Shown here in pieces: positions 1-14,291 of a stretch of DNA of 14,291 nt. The stretch spans positions 1-14,291 of the forward strand of contig NIVC01001555.1 in the NCBI GenBank assembly GCA_002269645.1, given 5' to 3'. The notes beneath the pieces are model-generated. The model did not search any database. It was given only the letters and a program-made list of their open reading frames with translations, and had not been told where the DNA came from. This DNA is from Macrostomum lignano. Taxonomy: Eukaryota. The translations under genes were made by a program, and so were the position numbers. Within the stretch, counting starts at the first letter, position 1, and every line of letters begins with the position of its first letter.

Positions 1-1886
<1,886 letters not shown>

Positions 1887-2931
1887 CACAGTTTCCCTAT
1901 GCCGACCAAAAGCCGAAGCTGGTACAGCTCGCATCACCGCCAAGCAAGAGTACCTCAACAAACAAACAGTCGTCCACATGGCCAGCAGTACCAAGGTGTG
2001 CGTTCGGCTGTGAGGCGACTATCTCCAGAACATGGCCGGCAGTTTGATCAGCGCACGTGACGGCGATGTCAGATCTAGAAGCCGCCATCGCCAAAGAGAC
2101 CGCGCTACGCAGGACAGGACGGGCGGCGACCGGCAACAACGTCGGAATGCAGGTGGGTCGCTGACAACCGCCGCGTCCGGAGTCGCCCGCCAAGTCAACA
2201 GCTTTCGTGCTGCTCACCACCTGGAAAATTGGCAGGTGACACCATCTTCGATCCGACTAAAGTCTCAGCAGCTGAAACACTAATCAGGCCTGCAGTGCCC
2301 ACGGAATCGACAAAATCGCGGATTGCTGAGAACGCCGATCAGTGGGAAGTCAGCACGCTAGACACAATGCAGAGCCATTATGAGATCAGCATCCATCATC
2401 TAAGCTGCTGAACTTCTGGAAGCCAGGAAGGACGCTGACCCTTCTGATTGGGAAACCGGCTGGCAAGTTCGGTTTTCACTGGGCGGCGAAGGACCTCGGC
2501 AGAAGATTCAGCTGCAGCCCTGATCTGCTGACAATACCGGCTGAAAAAAATGTCCATCGAGCTGAAGGTTACCTGAATTTACTGCTAACAAAGGGTAGGA
2601 TATCTCTTCTTTGATACTGTGATTGTAAGCAACCAAACCACCAGCTCTATGGGGGTTCCCGTTTTCAAAACCTCTTGTCTGGGGTTGGTGGGTTCGAATC
2701 AACCCCACCAAGCCGCCAGCCCTGTGACAACTGAGCAGGGGAGGGAGCAACAGCAGGGAATCGTCCCTCCAGCCCTTCAAACGGGCATGGAAGAATCTCC
2801 CGACTGGCGAGGCTTTAACGAGGAACCGAGCATGCTAAGCCATACGGACGAGGACAACAAAGCTTGCCCGCCGATTTTTTCCGACAGAAGAGCCGCCTGA
2901 AGGGCTCAATTCGCAAATGCAGGGTCCAGTT

Positions 2932-3119
2932 GCCTGTGACCAGCAGGGCTGGACACGGGGGTGGTCTGTGACCAGACACCTCCACCTGCAAACTCCATTT
3001 GCTGCTGATCAAAACGAATCAGCTATTTCAATACCTGCCATCTTGACTTCGAGTCGTCAACAGCAGAGTCAAGTCGCCTGTGACCAGGGCTTGACACGGG
3101 GGTGGTCTGTGACCAGACA
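2932..3119 (+). repeat. Imperfect ~45-bp direct repeat inside the ORF1 linker
   Basis: GCCTGTGACCAG(CAG)GGCTKGACACGGGGGTGGTCTGTGACCAGACA at 2932-2978 and 3076-3119. Confidence 0.95.
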
Positions 3120-3371
3120 TCCCCAGCTGCTGCTAATAGCAACAACATCGATGCCAGCCAAGCTGACTCTTCGTGTCTTTTGCGACACCCACGACAACGT
3201 TGCATTTTTACAGAGTAGATTTGCTTGCGCTGAGCCACCCAGGCTTGCCAGTGACAGCAATAGGGACAGTCTTGAGCTGACCCCTCCTCGATCGGCACTT
3301 GCTCAACCAAGCCAGATTAACGTCCATAGGGACTTAAGAAAGACTGGAAACTGACCCCTATCGAAAAGTCA

Positions 3372-3842
3372 ACGATCGCGATCGGCGATGAGAGTCTCTC
3401 TGAGCCCGGGCAAGCGCACCCAGATGTACAATTTGAAATTTTTCCGAATCTACGCGCTGAGAACCTAATCAGGGTGCTGCGTGAGCAGTTGAAAAGCCCT
3501 AGCTCAGCTGTCAAAGCGGTCATTCTCTTCCCTTGTGGTCATGACCTGTCGAGACAATTTGAAGGTGTCCTCGACAAACAGCTCACGACAATCGTGAATC
3601 ATTGTCGCAAGGCCTTTCCAGAGGCAAACATCTACACACTTGACTCAGTGGTGGATGCCGAGGCAACGGACAGCGTCCGAAGCAATGTGGAAAAATTGAA
3701 CCGCCATGCCCAGAATCTCAACCAGAAGGGGCACATGTCACTACCCAGACAGGGTTTGACCTTCCTGTCAGACAAGGTCACACTATCTGACCAATCGGCC
3801 TTGGAGGTCTTCAGGATTGTCTATGGCAAAGTACAAAAAAAC
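3372..3842 (+). CDS. Degenerate SGNH/GDSL hydrolase (esterase)-like domain of ORF1
   Basis: Frame 3 is open from 3330 to TAG 3846-3848: TIAIGDESL (block I GDS-like, 3372-3398), VQFEIFPN (block II PG-like), VKAVILFPCGHDL (block III GxND-like), ..CRKAFPEANIY, VEKLN, FLSDKVTL (block V DxxH-like, 3771-3782). Order and spacing fit the fold; catalytic residues are substituted. Confidence 0.6.
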
Positions 3843-4511
3843 TTGTAGGTTTTAGGAATGCGGCTAGCAACCAAGTCTTGAACTTATCGAATTATCGTCT
3901 TTCTGACTGCGAAACCGAAATTTTAGGAATGGGGAAGAACTTTGTGCCAGCCCCAATTGTTATGGGGTCCAGCGTCCTTTCTGACTCCATCAAGGTTTTC
4001 AAGCAGAGAATAGTTCTTAACTCCCTGCTTCAGCGTCGCACGTGTGCTTTCACCCCGCGCATCCCTTATACTGGCCGAGCTTCGATCCCCAACATCAACT
4101 TGGACAAGTGGCGCTCTCACAGAGACCTTTTTGAAAGCCTTGACAGGATTAGAATTCCAAGAATCATACACAACAAGCCAAACCTTCAGGAGCAGCAGAG
4201 AATGGCACTGAAGACTCTTCGAGACAATAGCAGTATCGTCATTAAACCTGCCGACAAGGCAGCAATATGGTCGTTTTGAATCGAACAGATTACATACTGG
4301 AAGCTAACAGGCAGCTCTCCAACAGGACCTTCTACCAACCCCTTGACACTGCAATGAGCGCCCAGACCAGTGCCATTATCAAAGCCATTTTTCAAGATCT
4401 TAAAGAAGAAAAGATAATTACTAATCATCAATACTCGCAACTGATTCCGCCAACTATTCCAAGAGATCGAATTTTTTACCTTTTGCCAAAAATCCATAAG
4501 GATCCGAAGAA

Positions 4512-5441
4512 TGGCCTACTCCTGGAGTGCCTCCTGGGAGACCCATTGTCTCGGACTGCAGCTCGGAAAGCTACATGAGCGCCAAATTTATCGATCTCTT
4601 CCTACAGCCGATCGCTAAGGAACAAGACTCCTTCATCCGAGACACGGACCACTTTCAAGCGGCTATTAATGATTTGATTTTTGAAAAAGACGAAAATGTC
4701 TTTCTGGTTACAATGGATGTTGAATCCCTGTACACCAATATTCCCACTGATAAGGGGATGGACGCCATTAGAGATGCCTTTCAAACATTTCCCCAAACCT
4801 CAAGGCCAGATAACCATCTTCTTGCGCTCCTGGACATTAACTTGAACAAAAATGATTTTGTTTTCAACGACACGCGCTACCTTCAAATCAAAGGCACAAG
4901 CATGGGAAAGGCCTTTGCGCCATCCTACGCCAACATATTTATGTCTGCCTGGGAATCCAAAGCTTTAGAAACTGCTCCGTTTACCCCTCGTTTCTTCAAG
5001 CGCTACATTGACGACATTTTTATGGTCTTCGTCGGCACTGAAGACGAACTAAAGGAGATGCACAAGCATCTGAATGAGTTCGATTGCAACATCCGACTCA
5101 CGATGCAATACAGCAAAGAGAAGGTTCACTTCCTGGACTGCTGTGTCAGTCTGACTGACGAAGGCAACAACAAGAGACTTTCGTGCTCAATCTACTTCAA
5201 ACCCACCGATTCACGCCAGCTTTTAAATCCGGGGTCTTTTCACCCAAAGCACACTTTCAAAGGTATACTGAAATCTCAGTTCCTCCGTTACGCTCGCCGT
5301 TGCACATTTAAAGAAGACTTCGATGAGGCCAGCAGCAGCTTAACAAGCATCCTGAAGAAACAAGGATATTCTGTCCGCTTAATCAGGGATTCTAAAAAAT
5401 CTGCCCTCATCCAGCTGGGCCTCTACATTGATGGTCGGTGG
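4512..5441 (+). CDS. RT core and start of thumb
   Basis: PGRPIVS; catalytic motif A MDVESLY (Asp 4716-4718); QIKGTSMG; YIDD 5004-5015; FLD; YFKPT..QLL..GSFHPKH..KGILKSQFLR..RRC typical of the PLE thumb. Confidence 0.97.
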
Positions 5442-5514
5442 AGTTCGGCTTCCAGGATTGTGGCAATCTAAGCTGCCGTCCTTGCAGAGAGCACGGGCAT
5501 TTGGCCAAGTTTGT

Positions 5515-6114
5515 TTAGGGTCCAGCGCTACAAAAATGATTTACAAAATTTGTCAAAAAGTCCGCTGTGACTCCAGGAATGTGGTGTATGCCATTCTGTG
5601 CAAGACTTGCAATGACCGCTGTATCTACGTAGGTGAGACTGGAGGCGCTCTTAAAGTCAGACTTCAGGCTCACCTGAGCGACATCAGACTGGCTAAGGAC
5701 ACCCCAATCTCCAGGCACTTTCGGTCACCAAACCACAGTATTCAGGACCTCCGCTTTATGGGTCTGTGGTACCTCAGTACTGAGTGCCTGACCACTAAAG
5801 AGGGTGCTCAACGCAGGCGGAGGAATATGGAGCAGAAGCTCATCGCTTTACTACAGACCCAGACTCCAGCAGGCTTAAACACCGTCATCACTGAAAAAGA
5901 CGCCTGCATCCCAATAGTGATCCCTTTCACGGACCACTCTGGGCGAATTGTTCATCAAATTCGCACGGCCATTTCGAACCACGCTGCAGAGCTGGATACG
6001 GTGGCTGCCTATACTCGCTCACGCTCATTAAAGGACATTCTATGTCCATCCAATCTGCCCGCCGTAACTAATGGTCAGGCCCGAAACTCAAACCTCTTTT
6101 CAGTTGAGCACTAG
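5515..6114 (+). CDS. GIY-YIG endonuclease domain plus C-terminal extension
   Basis: NVVYAILCKTC...IYVGET (5578-5640), RLQAHLSDI, ISRHF..PNH, EQKLI..LQT..P.GLN (ends 5880); CxxC plus two His match the CCHH motif of PLE endonucleases. Confidence 0.95.
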   Translation, partial: LGSSATKMIYKICQKVRCDSRNVVYAILCKTCNDRCIYVGETGGALKVRLQAHLSDIRLAKDTPISRHFRSPNHSIQDLRFMGLWYLSTECLTTKEGAQRRRRNMEQKLIALLQTQTPAGLNTVITEKDACIPIVIPFTDHSGRIVHQIRTAISNHAAELDTVAAYTRSRSLKDILCPSNLPAVTNGQARNSNLFSVEH

Positions 6115-6355
6115 ATGTACAGATGTACACACGCGTTGCATCGTGCCCGCCAAACCATATTGATTATTTTATTTTATTCGCGTCTTTCTATACTCACTAT
6201 AAATATTTAACTCTGTTTTAATTTGCCCTTTTTTCACAGTTTTTTATTTACAATATACCCTGACGAAGACCCTGTTTAGGTCGAAAATTCGGTTATTTTC
6301 TTAGAATTAAAGAAATTGTGAATTTGCTTCAACTGTGTGCGTGGTTTCATTTCGC

Positions 6356-6357
<2 letters not shown>
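6115..6357 (+). repeat. 3' UTR / pseudo-LTR of the PLE
   Basis: AT-rich segment between the ORF2 stop and array 2; contains TATAAATA 6198-6205, TCACAG 6234-6239, a hammerhead, ATTAAA 6306-6311 and terminal motifs shared with the module at 8916-9063. Confidence 0.8.
6257..6293 (+). ncRNA. Minimal type I hammerhead ribozyme (HHR1)
   Basis: ACC-CUGACGA(6260-6266)-A-GACC/loop CUGUUUA/GGUC-GAAA(6283-6286)-AU-UC|GGU; stem I ACC/GGU, palindromic helix III AAUU, predicted cleavage after C6290. Matches the PLE-associated minimal hammerhead architecture. Confidence 0.9.
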
Positions 6358-12906
<6,549 letters not shown>

Positions 12907-13241
12907 TTACCTATTTTTAGTGTGAACTGATCCTGCCCCTCTTTTAGACATATTACCCAGTCATTATCTGTCCAAAATTATTTACGCTTGAGCTCAAGCT
13001 CACCAGGATATACTCAGAATCTCTCATCATCTCCCATAACTCAAATGACATAAAAAGTACAGTAATAGAAGAGAAATCTTTAGTTTGAGCTCAATGAAGC
13101 GAATTGAACACTCGAGCAGAGATTCGATCCTCGCTTCGTTTTAAAAGCCGGCTGGTTGTCCGAGTCGATGCGTCTGCTATCGGTGGCATAACTTTATCGT
13201 GAGAAAATCTCAGGATAAAAATAAACCAAAGTCCGACAAAA

Positions 13242-13242
<1 letters not shown>

Positions 13243-13308
<66 letters not shown>

Positions 13309-13310
13309 GC

Positions 13311-13363
<53 letters not shown>
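13243..13363. repeat. (GACA)n microsatellite
   Basis: About 30 GACA units with one interruption. Confidence 0.98.
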
Positions 13364-13394
13364 TAAACAAACATCTATCTATCCATCTATCAAT

Positions 13395-13476
13395 GACATA
13401 AACAGACATAAACAGATACAAACAGACATAAACAGACATAAACAGCATAAACAGGCATTAACAGACATAAACAGAT
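13395..13476. repeat. 10-bp tandem repeat (GACATAAACA)n
   Basis: About 8 imperfect copies, preceded by a short TATC patch at 13374-13391. Confidence 0.93.
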
Positions 13477-13500
13477 ATCGTCTCCTTGCTCACCCCGCAG

Positions 13501-13620
13501 ACTCGGGAGCGGCAGAGGATGACGGGAGCTCGCAGGCGGAGCAAGATTCGTCACGGTGCTGCTTGACGCGAGGAATATCACGTGACCATTCTGGACGCTG
13601 AGACGGACCAGGATGAGGAG
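13501..13620 (+). other. Possible host exon encoding an acidic peptide
   Basis: Pyrimidine-rich acceptor CTCCTTGCTCACCCCGCAG ends at 13500, donor GAG|GTGAGC at 13621, GC-rich interior; no single open frame unless two bases are restored. Confidence 0.3.
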
Positions 13621-14054
13621 GTGAGCCAGACATGCGTTTCGTGTGTTTTGAAATAATCGTTTTTTGTCGCCACCCCTGGATTGCCCCTGAAATGTAATCT
13701 AATATTCGAGCGTTCGAAATTGGATTTGTAGCGAGCCGGCGGCCGCCGTGTTCCGAGACGTCACGTGACTCCATCAATGGCGTCACCAGACACCTATGAT
13801 GCGGGCAGACGGGCTGAAAATTGAATTTTAGTCCCGCTTATGAAACATGGAAAACTGTGAATGCAGACGGGACTCAAAGACAGGCACGCAAAAGAATATA
13901 GGGTTATAATCTAAAAAATAAATGAAGGACATTGTGCCATAAAGTAGGACAAACGTAGAAACACACAGGGGTCATGGAAACGACACATACAAGGCCATAA
14001 AGAAGACACACACTGCCATACGAGTAAACAAAGACGTACACAAGGGCATAAAAG

Positions 14055-14291
14055 GACACACAAGGTCATAAATAAAGACATGCACAAGGTCAAAAATAAA
14101 GACATACACAAGGTCATAAATAAAGATGTACAGAAGGTCATAAATAAGACATACCCAAGGTCATAAATAAAGACATACACAAGGCCATAAATAAAGACAT
14201 ACACAAGGTCATAAATAAAAGACATACATCAAGGCCATAAATAAAGACGTACACAAGGCATAAACAAGACATACACAAGGCCATAAATAAA
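14055..14291. repeat. 24-bp minisatellite (CACAAGGTCATAAATAAAGACATA)n, running off the window end
   Basis: About 10 copies; more degenerate related units upstream (~13930-14055). Explains the minus-strand SLFMTLC ORF. Confidence 0.93.

Larger units (their letters stand above)
1899..3848 (+). pseudogene. PLE ORF1 (~640 codons, frame-disrupted as given): Arg/Gln-rich N-terminus, helical-looking domain, low-complexity linker, C-terminal SGNH-like domain
   Basis: ATG 1899 lies just after the array junction. The + strand ORF fragments (1899-2060, 2032-2283, 2229-2411, 2619-2900, 2917-3354, 3330-3848) tile the interval and can be joined by 1-2 nt indels, e.g. QQLK|TLIRPAVPT at AAA 2275-2277 and VHR..K|DWKLTP at 3329-3341. 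Several other joins are ambiguous; the start codon is tentative. Confidence 0.6.
3839..6114 (+). pseudogene. PLE ORF2: reverse transcriptase + Cys knuckle + GIY-YIG endonuclease (~760 aa when repaired); four -1 frameshifts as given
   Basis: Frame 2 3839-4258, frame 1 4260-4510, frame 3 4512-5441, frame 2 5441-5515, frame 1 5515-6114 (TAG). Adding one base at GG 4258-9, AA 4510-1, GG 5440-1 and TTT 5514-6 restores ADKGSNMVVL, DPKKWPTPGVPPGRP, RWEFGFQDC and KFVLGSS with no internal stops. Confidence 0.92.
1887..6357 (+). mobile_element. Penelope-like retroelement (PLE) with C-terminal GIY-YIG endonuclease; two-ORF layout; embedded in (TATC)n
   Basis: PLE RT motifs (VLNLS..LS..E..IL.MG.NF.P, IKPADK, YLLPKIHK, PGRPIVS, MDVESLYTNIP, QIKGTSMG..FAP.YANIFM, RYIDDIF, FLD), GIY-YIG domain with Cys/His motif, hammerhead in 3' UTR, both ends directly abutting TATC arrays. 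Sub-clade (Neptune, Hydra, Nematis or new) not determinable by eye. Confidence 0.95.

Noticed and set aside
1897-5718. Minus-strand ORFs overlapping the element
   Set aside because: Short, motif-free antisense shadows of the + strand coding region.
3839-6114. Group II intron, retron, LINE or LTR-type RT; selenocysteine recoding as in some Naiad PLEs
   Set aside because: Motifs and C-terminal GIY-YIG are PLE-type; the repaired ORF2 has no in-frame TGA and the endonuclease is not N-terminal.
6198-6205. TATAAATA as the element promoter
   Set aside because: Plausible for a pseudo-LTR but common in AT-rich DNA and absent from the second module; not supportable alone.
13194-14225. Minus-strand ORFs 13194-13448, 13390-13581, 13490-13786 and 13911-14225
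   Set aside because: Three are largely translations of tandem repeats; none shows a recognisable domain.

Overview
Eukaryotic (probably metazoan) genomic DNA. About 58% of the window is three (TATC)n/(GATA)n arrays (1-1886, 6358-8915, 9064-12906); the long YLSI ORFs are artefacts of these repeats. Between arrays 1 and 2 lies a ~4.5 kb + strand Penelope-like retroelement (PLE). It has an ORF1 ending in a degenerate SGNH/GDSL-esterase-like domain, a candidate -1 frameshift signal (A_AAA_AAC plus hairpin), and an ORF2 with PLE-type RT, Cys knuckle and C-terminal GIY-YIG endonuclease. Its 3' UTR/pseudo-LTR contains a minimal hammerhead ribozyme. The coding region is broken by many indels; every break that can be resolved confidently is a single-base loss in a homopolymer run, suggesting sequencing error in a near-intact element. 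Between arrays 2 and 3 is a ~148-bp non-coding module with a second, covarying hammerhead and the same terminal motifs. The last 1.4 kb is host-like DNA with (GACA)n, 10-bp and 24-bp tandem repeats and a possible acidic exon. All calls come from reading the sequence by hand; no searches were run.
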